Source: an uncultured Phascolarctobacterium sp. (GTDB lineage: Bacteria; Bacillota; Negativicutes; Acidaminococcales; Acidaminococcaceae). Taken from it: a stretch of DNA of 64,000 bases. This document shows positions 1 to 8,580 of the stretch, in pieces. The DNA is taken from positions 152 to 64,151 of the forward strand of contig CAYZOZ010000003.1 of the NCBI GenBank assembly GCA_964480295.1, read 5' to 3'. The position numbers and the translations under genes were made by a program. Positions within the stretch are counted from its first letter, which is position 1; each line of letters starts with the position of its first letter. Under the pieces are notes generated by a model. It was given only the letters and a program-made list of their open reading frames with translations. It was not told the origin of the DNA and did not search any database.

Positions 1-105
1 CCTTTCGCTGTATTTCTCTGACAAAGCAGAGATCACGCTTAATCGGAGGGTTGCAAAAGCCCTCCGATGGAGGGGCAACCGCCTACCGTTATGATGGCAC
101 CTTAA
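1..105 (-). other. Structured 5' leader running off the left edge, resembling type I (holin-like) toxin mRNA leaders
   Basis: Minus strand reads ...ataacggtaggcggttgcccctccatcggagggcttttgcaaccctccgatt...gaaagg. Hairpins at 42-68 (9-bp perfect stem) and 15-32. Similarity to toxin leaders is from memory; the ORF would lie outside the window. Confidence 0.3.
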
Positions 106-109
106 CAAT

Positions 110-138
110 ATTATAATTGCATTTGAGAAAAATCACAA
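110..138 (-). promoter_or_regulatory. Sigma-70 promoter pointing out of the window
   Basis: Minus strand TTGTGA-N17-TATAAT. Confidence 0.55.
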
Positions 139-171
139 GCGAAATTTACAAGCTTCACTTGTGATTTTTTT
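128..171. terminator. Inverted repeat, possible bidirectional terminator
   Basis: aaaaatcacaag (128-139) / cttgtgattttt (158-169), with A and T tracts. Confidence 0.45.
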
Positions 172-330
172 GTTTGCGTAGTTTGTCCTGCTTTTTCCCT
201 TGAGAGGTTGGCTAGACAAAGCCACGGAATCACACGCTGGCTAGTGAAGCCTTTAATGATTTTAGAAGCTTGCTTTTGCAAAGGACCTTTTTTCTTTCAA
301 AAATAAGCATGGAAAAGTTCGGTGGTAGTG

Positions 331-339
331 TGCTATAAT
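331..339 (+). promoter_or_regulatory. Extended -10 promoter of the lptD-heptose operon
   Basis: TGcTATAAT about 75 nt upstream of the ATG; SD aaggag before 415. Confidence 0.55.
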
Positions 340-414
340 GTTAGGTGGATTATTGTAAGCATTTTATACGTAGCAAGTAAACGCTTTGCTAGATTCGAAT
401 AAAGGAGAATTGTT

Positions 415-1929
415 ATGAAGAAAGCTTTTTTAGCAACGGCTTTGGCGATGAGCCTATGCGCTCCGATTTACGCCGAGCCCGTGCGTCATGGCGATAACGA
501 GCAATATGCCGGCCCGGTGTTTGCCGATGATCAGGACGGCGCTGCTTCCACCACGGTGCAGCCGAAAAAATCCAAAAAGCTGCTCAAGGAAGGCTCGGAC
601 ACCATGCCGATAAACGTGAGCGCCGATCATGCGGAGTATGACAACGTCAGTGGCGATTTCCACGTCAGCGGCAAGGTAGTGATTACGCAGGGCACGGAGA
701 CGCTTTTGACGACCTATGCCTTCGGTAATATGAAGACCGGCGACGTGTGGCTGGAGCAGGGCGGTACGCTGAAGGAGTCCAAGAGCACGATGCACGGTAA
801 ATGGGTGCATTATAATTTTAACAATAAAACAGGCGAGATCAAGGAGATTAACGGCTCCAGCCTGAAGGATATTTTTGACGCGCCGCACGCGATCATCGAG
901 CCCGATAAAATCGTGGTGGATCAGGGCGGGCGTTCCTCCCGCTGCCCGGCGGTGAAGCATCCTCCCTGCCTCTCCATTGCGGCGAATACCTTTGAGATTT
1001 ATCCTAACGAAAAGCTGGTGGCGCATGACGTTAAGGTCTTCGTTCGCGGTAAGCATATCTATTCCCGTGACCTGTGGGTGAACAATTTCAATGACGAAAA
1101 CAAGACGAAGATTCTGCCTCGCATCGGCTATGATGGCGGCGATAATGGCTTCTACGCGAAGCTGGAGGTTAGCCAGCCCATCGGCGAAAAGACGATGGTC
1201 AGCGCCGACTTGCCCCAGTTCAGCAGAGCGGGCTTCAAGCCGGCGTATAGCGTGACGCATGATGAGCGCAATTTCAAGGTTTCCTATTTCAACGGTTGGG
1301 ACGACGATGATGATGATTGGTACAAGAAGGAGAACACCTGGCGTATCGATTACAAGAATCACCATATTATTGACGGACTGCCGCTGAGCTATTCCGGCTA
1401 TTTTGAATATGGCTTGTGGAACAGATGGAATCCGAAAAACGGTAAGAGTGGTAAAAAAAGCTGGCATAAGGAATATGCCGTATATTTGAATCATGATCCC
1501 ATTTATCTTTTTAATACGAAGAAAACGGTTTTAAATCTGACCGTCGGTAAGAAATGGGTAAATGAGAGCCTGACGGGCGAAACGCGTTCCACCAATATGT
1601 ATTACGCTACCTTGGGACAGAAATTCACGCCGCAATGGCGCACCTGGATGGGCTATTATCGCGAGGATATTACCAGTGATCTGTTTGAAATCGGTCAGCC
1701 TGATATGGGTAAGGAGCTGCGCAACGGTTTGCAATGGTCGCCTGATAAGAAGAATACCTTCTCAATCATTAATCGTTATGATTTGGGTAAGCATGAAAAT
1801 TACGAGATTGATTATCGTTGGACGCGTAAATTCTGCTGCTGGGCGATCGAGCTGACCTATGAGCAGCAGGCGCATTGGGATAAGGGTGATAACTCTTGGA
1901 AGTTCCAATATTATTTCTTTAATTTGTAA
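415..1929 (+). CDS. lptD: LPS-assembly outer membrane protein LptD-like
   Basis: Signal peptide; OstA-like N-domain (INVSADHAEYDNVSGDFHVSGKVVITQG); aromatic-rich beta-strand C-half with FCCW and terminal WKFQYYF. Confidence 0.75.
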   Translation: MKKAFLATALAMSLCAPIYAEPVRHGDNEQYAGPVFADDQDGAASTTVQPKKSKKLLKEGSDTMPINVSADHAEYDNVSGDFHVSGKVVITQGTETLLTTYAFGNMKTGDVWLEQGGTLKESKSTMHGKWVHYNFNNKTGEIKEINGSSLKDIFDAPHAIIEPDKIVVDQGGRSSRCPAVKHPPCLSIAANTFEIYPNEKLVAHDVKVFVRGKHIYSRDLWVNNFNDENKTKILPRIGYDGGDNGFYAKLEVSQPIGEKTMVSADLPQFSRAGFKPAYSVTHDERNFKVSYFNGWDDDDDDWYKKENTWRIDYKNHHIIDGLPLSYSGYFEYGLWNRWNPKNGKSGKKSWHKEYAVYLNHDPIYLFNTKKTVLNLTVGKKWVNESLTGETRSTNMYYATLGQKFTPQWRTWMGYYREDITSDLFEIGQPDMGKELRNGLQWSPDKKNTFSIINRYDLGKHENYEIDYRWTRKFCCWAIELTYEQQAHWDKGDNSWKFQYYFFNL

Positions 1930-1948
1930 TGATGGGGATGGGTGCATT

Positions 1949-2512
1949 ATGAAAAAGCTTATTCAGGAACGCTTTGCCGAGCATATCGAGGTTGCTCAGG
2001 CAGTGATGGCGAGTGATATTTTGGAGAAAATCGAGCGCATTGCTCAGGAAATAAAGCAGGCCTTGGCGAACGGACATAAGGTGCTTTTCTGCGGTAACGG
2101 CGGCAGCGCTGCCGACAGCCAGCATTTGGCGGCGGAGTTTGTCGGTCGCTTCCAAAAGGAGCGTAAGGGCTTGGCGGCGATAGCGCTGACCGTGGACACC
2201 TCTATTTTGACGGCTGTGGGCAATGACTATGGCTATGATAAGGTCTTCGTGCGTCAGGTTGAGGCTTTGGCGCAGGCGGGCGACGTGCTGGTCGGCATTT
2301 CCACCAGCGGCAACAGCGCCAACGTGGTGGAGGCGATTAAGCTGGCGAAGGAGAAGGGACTCTTTTGCGTGGGCATGACGGCGGCAGGCGGCGGTAAAAT
2401 GGCTCAGCTCTGCGACGAATGTATCGCGGTGCCCGCGAAGGTCACCGCGCGCGCGCAGGAGATGCACATTTTGATCGGTCATATTCTGTGCGAGCTGGTG
2501 GATGGTGAATAA
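1949..2512 (+). CDS. gmhA: D-sedoheptulose 7-phosphate isomerase
   Basis: SIS motifs CGNGGSAADSQH, ISTSGNS, RAQEMH. Start moved to ATG 1949. Confidence 0.95.
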   Translation: MKKLIQERFAEHIEVAQAVMASDILEKIERIAQEIKQALANGHKVLFCGNGGSAADSQHLAAEFVGRFQKERKGLAAIALTVDTSILTAVGNDYGYDKVFVRQVEALAQAGDVLVGISTSGNSANVVEAIKLAKEKGLFCVGMTAAGGGKMAQLCDECIAVPAKVTARAQEMHILIGHILCELVDGE

Positions 2513-2513
2513 G

Positions 2514-3989
2514 ATGGGCTTAGCGGTAACTACCTTTTTGGCAGAGAAAATCGCCGATTTACGCATCGCTGTGATCGGCGACGTGATGCTGGATCGCTAT
2601 TTCCATGGCGAGGTGAAGCGTATTTCTCCCGAAGCGCCCGTACCTGTGACCAAGATTACGGATATTAAATCCGTGCTGGGCGGCGCGGCGAACGTGGCGG
2701 CGAATTTGGCGCATTTGCAGTGCCAAGTATTCATGGGAGGCGTGACTGGCGATGACGATAACCGTGTGCTTTTGGAGCGCCTTTTGAGTGAGACGGGCAT
2801 TGATTTCAGCGGCTTGGTGAAAAGCGAGGCGCGTAAAACGATCACGAAGCTACGTGTGCTGGGTGGCAGTCAGCAAATGCTACGCATGGATTTCGAGGAA
2901 ACGGGTGATTTGCATCCGCAGGAGATCATGCGTCTGCGTGCTTGGCTGGCGGAACTTTTGGACGCTGGCTTGGACGGTATCATCATTTCCGATTATGCTA
3001 AGGGCGTATGCTCCGACGAGTTCTGCCAATGGGTGATTGGCGAGGCGCATGCCTATGACATTCCCGTGCTGATCGATCCCAAGGGCGCGGATTGGACGAA
3101 GTATAGCGGCTGTGATTTCATTACGCCGAATCTGAAGGAAATGTGCGAGGCGGCGGGCTGTCAAAAGGACAACGAGGACGCGGCGGTCGTGGAAATGGCG
3201 CGCGCCGCGAAGAATAAATATCGGATTAAGAACGTGGTCGTAACGCGCAGTGAGCGCGGTATGTCGTTGGTGAACGATACGCAGGAGCTACATTGCCCCG
3301 CGACGGCGATCGAGGTGTTCGATGTTTCCGGCGCGGGCGATACGGTGGCGGCAACGCTTTTGGCAGGCGTGGCAGGCAGGCTGGAGCTGGCGGACGCGAT
3401 CTATATGGCGAATAGGGCGGCGGGAATCGTCGTGGCGAAGGTTGGTACCTATCCCGTGCATCGCGAGGAGCTGCTCAGGGATCTGCTGACGGAGGAGCGC
3501 AAGCAGGGGCGCGGCTATCGCACGCTCAGCTGGCAGGAGATCGCCAGTCTGGCGGCGACCTGGCGTGCCTGTGGTGAGAAAATCGTCTTTACCAATGGCT
3601 GCTTCGACATTCTGCACGTCGGGCATGTGAGCTATTTGGAGAAGGCGCGTAATTTGGGCAAGCATCTGATCGTCGGGCTGAATACCGATGCCTCGGTACG
3701 CAGGCTGAAGGGCGCGACGCGTCCGCTCGTGCATGAGCTGGACAGGGCGCGCGTGCTGGCGGCGCTGGCGTGCGTGGACGCGGTGGTGCTGTTCGATCAG
3801 GATACGCCCACGGAGCTGATTGAGAAAATTCGTCCGGACATTCTGGTCAAGGGCGGCGATTACGCGCCCGAGCAGGTCGCCGGACGTGAATATGCGGGCG
3901 AGGTTCGCATTATAGAGTTTGAAGAGGGCTACTCCACGACGGGAGTAGTGGAAAAGATTGCCAAAATGGTTAAGGAGGGCAAAATATGA
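2514..3989 (+). CDS. hldE: Bifunctional heptose 7-phosphate kinase / heptose 1-phosphate adenylyltransferase
   Basis: PfkB domain (VIGDVMLDRY, DVSGAGDT) plus cytidylyltransferase-like domain (FTNGCFDILHVGH). Alternative start 2502. Confidence 0.95.
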   Translation: MGLAVTTFLAEKIADLRIAVIGDVMLDRYFHGEVKRISPEAPVPVTKITDIKSVLGGAANVAANLAHLQCQVFMGGVTGDDDNRVLLERLLSETGIDFSGLVKSEARKTITKLRVLGGSQQMLRMDFEETGDLHPQEIMRLRAWLAELLDAGLDGIIISDYAKGVCSDEFCQWVIGEAHAYDIPVLIDPKGADWTKYSGCDFITPNLKEMCEAAGCQKDNEDAAVVEMARAAKNKYRIKNVVVTRSERGMSLVNDTQELHCPATAIEVFDVSGAGDTVAATLLAGVAGRLELADAIYMANRAAGIVVAKVGTYPVHREELLRDLLTEERKQGRGYRTLSWQEIASLAATWRACGEKIVFTNGCFDILHVGHVSYLEKARNLGKHLIVGLNTDASVRRLKGATRPLVHELDRARVLAALACVDAVVLFDQDTPTELIEKIRPDILVKGGDYAPEQVAGREYAGEVRIIEFEEGYSTTGVVEKIAKMVKEGKI

Positions 3990-4960
3990 TTATCGTAACA
4001 GGCGGTGCCGGCTTTATCGGCTCTAATATCGTTAAGGGCTTGAACGAGCGTGGCATTGACGACATTCTTGTGGTCGACAATTTGACCAATATGGTGAAAT
4101 TCAAAAACATTCAGGGCTTGAAGGTTCATGATTACATGGACAAATTCGCTTTTTCCGATGCCTTGAAGGCGGGCAAATTCAATCATGAGAAAATCGACGT
4201 TATCTTCCACGAGGGCGCTTGCTCCGACACCATGGAATATAACGGCAAGTACATGATGGAGAACAATTTCGAGTATACGAAGAACGTGCTGCATTTCTGC
4301 TTGGACAGGAAGATTCAAATGATGTACGCGTCCTCCGCCTCCACCTATGGCAGCGGCACGCACGGCTTCCGTGAGGAGCCTGCCTGCGAGGAGGCTTTGA
4401 ACGTGTACGCCTTCTCCAAGCTGTTCTTTGACAATTATCTGCGCCGTTTGCTGCCCTCCGCGCAAAGTCAGGTGGTCGGCCTGCGCTATTTCAACGTTTA
4501 TGGCCCGCAGGAGAACCACAAGGGCAAGATGGCTTCCATGATTTTCCAAATGTATAATCAATGGAAGGCAGAGCATAAGGTGCGTCTTTTCGGTGAATAT
4601 GACGGCTATGGCCCGGGCGAGCATACTCGCGATTTCGTTTACGTTAAGGATGTGGTGAAGGTTAATTTCTTCTTCTGGGAGCATCCGGAAATTAGCGGTG
4701 TATTCAACTGCGGTACCGGTCACGCGCATCCCTTCAACACGCTGGCGAAGGCCGTGCTGAAGCATTTCGGCAGCGGCGAGCTGGAGTACGTTCCCTTCCC
4801 CGAGGTTTTGAAGGGTAAGTATCAAAGCTTCACCGAGGCTGATACGAGCAAGCTTTTGGCGGCAGGCTACGATGGCGGCTTCACGCCGATCGAGGAGGCT
4901 GCCGAGGAGTATTGTCAGCTGCTGGATAAGACTGGGGGCTACTATGTATACGAAGGCTAA
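3986..4960 (+). CDS. hldD: ADP-L-glycero-D-manno-heptose 6-epimerase
   Basis: TGGAGFIGSN, HEGACSDT, YAFSK, RYFNVYGP. Confidence 0.95.
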   Translation: MIIVTGGAGFIGSNIVKGLNERGIDDILVVDNLTNMVKFKNIQGLKVHDYMDKFAFSDALKAGKFNHEKIDVIFHEGACSDTMEYNGKYMMENNFEYTKNVLHFCLDRKIQMMYASSASTYGSGTHGFREEPACEEALNVYAFSKLFFDNYLRRLLPSAQSQVVGLRYFNVYGPQENHKGKMASMIFQMYNQWKAEHKVRLFGEYDGYGPGEHTRDFVYVKDVVKVNFFFWEHPEISGVFNCGTGHAHPFNTLAKAVLKHFGSGELEYVPFPEVLKGKYQSFTEADTSKLLAAGYDGGFTPIEEAAEEYCQLLDKTGGYYVYEG

Positions 4961-5450
4961 GGCGGTCTTTTTCGATCGTGATGGCGTTCTAAACGAGGAC
5001 GTAAGCTATTTGTATAAAATTGCCGATTTACGCTGGGTGGAGGGCGCACGGGAGGCTGTGCGCTATCTTACCGAGCGTGGTTATTTGATTTTTATCGTCA
5101 CCAATCAAAGCGGTTTGGCGCGCGGTTATTTTACCGAGGCGGATATGGAGCGTTTGCATGCTTATATGTGCGAGGAGCTGGCCGCCGTCGGTGGCAGAAT
5201 TACGAAGATTTATTATTGTCCGCATTTGAAGGACGGCGTGGTGGCTAAATACGCCGTGGACTGCGATTGTCGCAAGCCCAAGCCTGGTATGCTGAACCGC
5301 GCCTTTGCCGAGTACGAGCTGGATAGGGAGGGCTCCTTCCTAATCGGCGACGGGGCGAGGGACGTGGAGGCGGCGGAGGCCGCCGGCATTAGGGGCTATC
5401 TCTTTAAGGGCGGTAGTCTGTTGGATTTCGTAAAAGCGATTGTAAAGTAG
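4944..5450 (+). CDS. gmhB: D,D-heptose 1,7-bisphosphate phosphatase
   Basis: HAD motif DRDGVL, TNQSG, CPH...CDCRKP. Start moved to 4944. Confidence 0.93.
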   Translation: MYTKAKAVFFDRDGVLNEDVSYLYKIADLRWVEGAREAVRYLTERGYLIFIVTNQSGLARGYFTEADMERLHAYMCEELAAVGGRITKIYYCPHLKDGVVAKYAVDCDCRKPKPGMLNRAFAEYELDREGSFLIGDGARDVEAAEAAGIRGYLFKGGSLLDFVKAIVK

Positions 5451-5460
5451 GATTTTTTAG

Positions 5461-6507
5461 ATGGAATACAGGAATATTTTACTGATAAAAATGAGCTCCT
5501 TGGGCGATATTCTGCATACCCTTCCCTTCGCGGCGGCTCTGCGTAAGCGCTACCCCGAGGCACGCATTACCTGGCTCGTGCATCCGCAGTTCGCTGGCTT
5601 CGTGCCGGATCCGCCGGTGATCGACGAGGTGCTGTACTTTGACAAGGTGAGATTTAAGTCCATGAGCCTCTCGGAGAAGGTAAAATATTTTTGTGAGATG
5701 CGCTCGCTTTTGCACAGTAAGCATTTCGACCTCGTGATCGATATGCAGGGACTGTTCAAAAGCGCGGTGCTGGCGGCGATCAGCGGCTGTGATGAGCGTA
5801 TCGGCTATGCCGAGCTGCGCGAGGGCAGCTCGCTAGTGAGCAGGGCGATCAGTGGCGCGCATCGACATGATCATGTGATCGAGCGCTATTTGGACGTGGC
5901 GCGCTATTTGGGCGCGCAGGTCGATAGCCTTGACGACGTGGAGTTTCCTCTGCCGGATCTAACGAAGGAGACCGCCTCCGTACAGGCGAAGCTGCGTGAG
6001 CTGGGCTGGGACGGCGGTGCTTACGTCGTCGTCGTGCCGGGCGCGCGCTGGTGGACGAAGGAATGGCCGGTCGAGCATTACGTCGAGCTGGTCGGCAGGA
6101 TCGTCGCGGACGGCAGCTTCGTCGTGTTGGCGGGAGGCCCTGACGACGCGGTGAAGGGGCAAAGGATCGCGGCGGCGTGTGCCGACGGCAGGGTGCTGGA
6201 TCTGACGGGACAGACCTCGCTGCGTGAGCTGGCGGCGCTGATCAAGGAGTGTTCCTTTTATATCAGCGCGGACACGGGCCCCCTGCATTTCGCCTCGGCG
6301 CTCAAAAAGCCTTTGGTGGCTATGTATGGACCGACGAAGGCGGATCGCACCGGACCCTATGGCAGTAAGAATTCGACCGTCCTGCTTTCTCCGGCTTCCT
6401 GTGCGGGCTGCCTGAAGAAGCAATGTAAGGACTGGCATTGTATGTACGATATTACGCCCGACGCGGTGTATAAAATTTATCAAAGCAAGGTGAAGGCGCA
6501 TGGCTAA
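5461..6507 (+). CDS. GT9 LPS heptosyltransferase (WaaC/WaaF-like)
   Basis: SSLGDILH, DTGPLH. Confidence 0.9.
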   Translation: MEYRNILLIKMSSLGDILHTLPFAAALRKRYPEARITWLVHPQFAGFVPDPPVIDEVLYFDKVRFKSMSLSEKVKYFCEMRSLLHSKHFDLVIDMQGLFKSAVLAAISGCDERIGYAELREGSSLVSRAISGAHRHDHVIERYLDVARYLGAQVDSLDDVEFPLPDLTKETASVQAKLRELGWDGGAYVVVVPGARWWTKEWPVEHYVELVGRIVADGSFVVLAGGPDDAVKGQRIAAACADGRVLDLTGQTSLRELAALIKECSFYISADTGPLHFASALKKPLVAMYGPTKADRTGPYGSKNSTVLLSPASCAGCLKKQCKDWHCMYDITPDAVYKIYQSKVKAHG

Positions 6508-7555
6508 GGCAGTGGAGCTGAACGGCAAAAAAATATTGGTGACCTTTTTGATGCATTTGGGCGATCTGACGCTGACAACGCCCTTTATTCACGCTCTGCG
6601 CAAGGCTGCGCCCGACGCGCAGATCACGTTTCTGGCGGACGAGAAGCTCAAGGACGTGGTGCTGCACAATCCCTATTTGGACGAGGTCATCACGATCGAC
6701 AAGAAGGGACGGGACAACAGCCTGCTGGCGCTGCTGGCGTGCGCCCGTCGTCTGAGCAGGATGAATTTTGACGTGCTGATTAATCTGCATCCCAACGAGC
6801 GCTGCTCCTTTATCGACGCGATGACGAAGGTCAAGCTGCACGCGGGCACGACGCACACGCTGTTTAAGCCCTTATGGGACGTGTTCACGCCGCTCGACCG
6901 TGGTCTGCACGCCGCCGATATGTATTTGGACGTGCTCAAGCAGCTGGGCGTGGAAAACATTCAGCATAACGGCTTGGAGATCTTCCCCAGCGCGGAGCAT
7001 CGCGAGCAGGCGGACGATTTTTGGCGTTATCACGGCGTTTTCGGCAGCGATAGGCTGATCGGCTTTAATATCGGCAGCGCGGTAGTGACCAAGCGTTGGT
7101 CGCCGGAGCGCTTCGCCAAGGTCGCCGACACCTTCGCGGCACGGGGCTATAAGCCCGTATTTTTCGGCGGCACGATGGACGAGGCGATGGTGCAGGAGGC
7201 AGTGAGCTATATGACTACCACGCCCGTGGTGGCGACGGGTAATTTCACGATTGGCGGCTTGGCGGCGGCGATGCGTCGTTGCAGCCTGATCATTACGAAC
7301 GACAGCGGACCTATGCACGTGGCGATCAGCCAGAAGGTGCCTATCGTGGCGATGTACGGGCCCTCTAGCCCGAAGCTTTACGGCCCCTATACCGATATGG
7401 CGCGTATCGTGACGGCTATGCCCCCATGCCCGGGTTGTAGCGACGGCATGAAGCATAAATGCGACGATATGCAGTGCATGACGCGCTTGACCGTGGAGCA
7501 GGTGGTCGAGGCGGCGGAGCAGATGCTAGAAAAATACGGGGAACGTGATGAATAG
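6500..7555 (+). CDS. GT9 LPS heptosyltransferase (WaaF/WaaQ-like)
   Basis: MHLGDLTLTTP, NDSGPMH. Confidence 0.9.
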   Translation: MAKAVELNGKKILVTFLMHLGDLTLTTPFIHALRKAAPDAQITFLADEKLKDVVLHNPYLDEVITIDKKGRDNSLLALLACARRLSRMNFDVLINLHPNERCSFIDAMTKVKLHAGTTHTLFKPLWDVFTPLDRGLHAADMYLDVLKQLGVENIQHNGLEIFPSAEHREQADDFWRYHGVFGSDRLIGFNIGSAVVTKRWSPERFAKVADTFAARGYKPVFFGGTMDEAMVQEAVSYMTTTPVVATGNFTIGGLAAAMRRCSLIITNDSGPMHVAISQKVPIVAMYGPSSPKLYGPYTDMARIVTAMPPCPGCSDGMKHKCDDMQCMTRLTVEQVVEAAEQMLEKYGERDE

Positions 7556-8201
7556 AACGGCGCTGACCTTGAACGCCGAGCTGCTGCTTCTGTGTGAGCG
7601 GCAGGAGCAGGCGCGCTTTCTGCGCGTTTATTTGCAATATTTGTTTCTTCATGGCTTGCGTCTGCCCTCCGTGCAGCTTTTGCAGTATCGTTCCTTGGAG
7701 AGGCTGCCCGAGCTATTGAGCTATATCTCTAAGGCGGAGGGCGGCGGACAGGTGCGCCGTTTGGCGATCTTCGCCGACGCGACGCAGGACGTGGCGGAGC
7801 GCGCCATGCTGATGGCGAACGCTATGGGCACGGACTACGCGCTGACGCGCGAGCGCTGCACGCATTTCTTCTTCCCCGCACGTCAGCCTGGCAAGCGTTG
7901 GCGGCGGGGCTATTTGGAGGATTTGCTGCTGGAGGCGCTGCGGCAGGAGAGCGCCGAGGAGTGCCAATTTATGAATCTGCTTAATTTGGGCAGGGAGTAT
8001 TTGGTGAGCGTGAACAGCTCGCGTGGTAAGGATGCGCGCTTGAAGAATATCGGCAGGCATTTGCTGTGTGCGTATCTCGCCGGGACGGAGCGCTTCGTCG
8101 GTATGAATTTGGCGGAGGCGGCGCAGGCGGGAGCCTTCGCGCTCGACGCGGAGTGCTTCGAGGCGCTTAAACGCTGCTTGAGCGGCTTAGCTGATGATTA
8201 A
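7548..8201 (+). CDS. DUF3226-like (TOPRIM-related) protein, degenerate
   Basis: GYLEDLLL, KN...AYLAG, LAEAAQAGAFALD..F..LK match the DUF3226 pattern as remembered; overlaps the upstream GT9 gene. Confidence 0.55.
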   Translation: MNRTALTLNAELLLLCERQEQARFLRVYLQYLFLHGLRLPSVQLLQYRSLERLPELLSYISKAEGGGQVRRLAIFADATQDVAERAMLMANAMGTDYALTRERCTHFFFPARQPGKRWRRGYLEDLLLEALRQESAEECQFMNLLNLGREYLVSVNSSRGKDARLKNIGRHLLCAYLAGTERFVGMNLAEAAQAGAFALDAECFEALKRCLSGLADD

Positions 8202-8279
8202 TGTGTGAAACTATGCTCTAAATACTTGCATAAAGAGCTTGCATATAGTATTCTATAAGGGTAAAAGGGGGTTTGTCGG

Positions 8280-8465
8280 ATGTCGGACGTAGTGGAAAGC
8301 TTGGCAGGCAATAAGATGCTGATGCTCAAGCAGGACATCGCCCTTCTGCGTAAGCGTTTGGCCGAGGTGGAGGACGAGGAAGCGAAGAAAGCTATTCGGC
8401 GTGAGCTGATGGATAAGGAAACCTATTATAATATTCTTGCGGATCGCCAGCGTATCAATCATTAA
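8280..8465 (+). CDS. Small helical hypothetical protein (61 aa)
   Basis: SD aggggg, host-like codon usage, own terminator. Confidence 0.7.
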   Translation: MSDVVESLAGNKMLMLKQDIALLRKRLAEVEDEEAKKAIRRELMDKETYYNILADRQRINH

Positions 8466-8490
8466 GCCGGGGAAGCACCGGCTTTTTCTT
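8464..8490 (+). terminator. Intrinsic terminator
   Basis: aagccgg-N7-ccggctt followed by T tract. Confidence 0.75.
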
Positions 8491-8501
8491 TGTCGACGCT
8501 A

Positions 8502-8531
8502 TTGAAAACTATACATTAATGATGATAAAAT
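8502..8531 (+). promoter_or_regulatory. murA promoter
   Basis: TTGAAA-N18-TAAAAT with TG extension. Confidence 0.5.
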
Positions 8532-8580
8532 ATTGCTACTTAAAAGTTTAATTTAGCTTCTCAGGTACAGGAGGAATATT

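Noticed and set aside
205-255. Two short tggctag...agcc repeats upstream of lptD
   Set aside because: Stems are only 4-5 bp and could arise by chance; no known motif.
1300-1317. Poly-Asp run (gac/gat) in lptD as a contingency repeat
   Set aside because: Mixed codons, in-frame trinucleotides; most likely an acidic surface loop.
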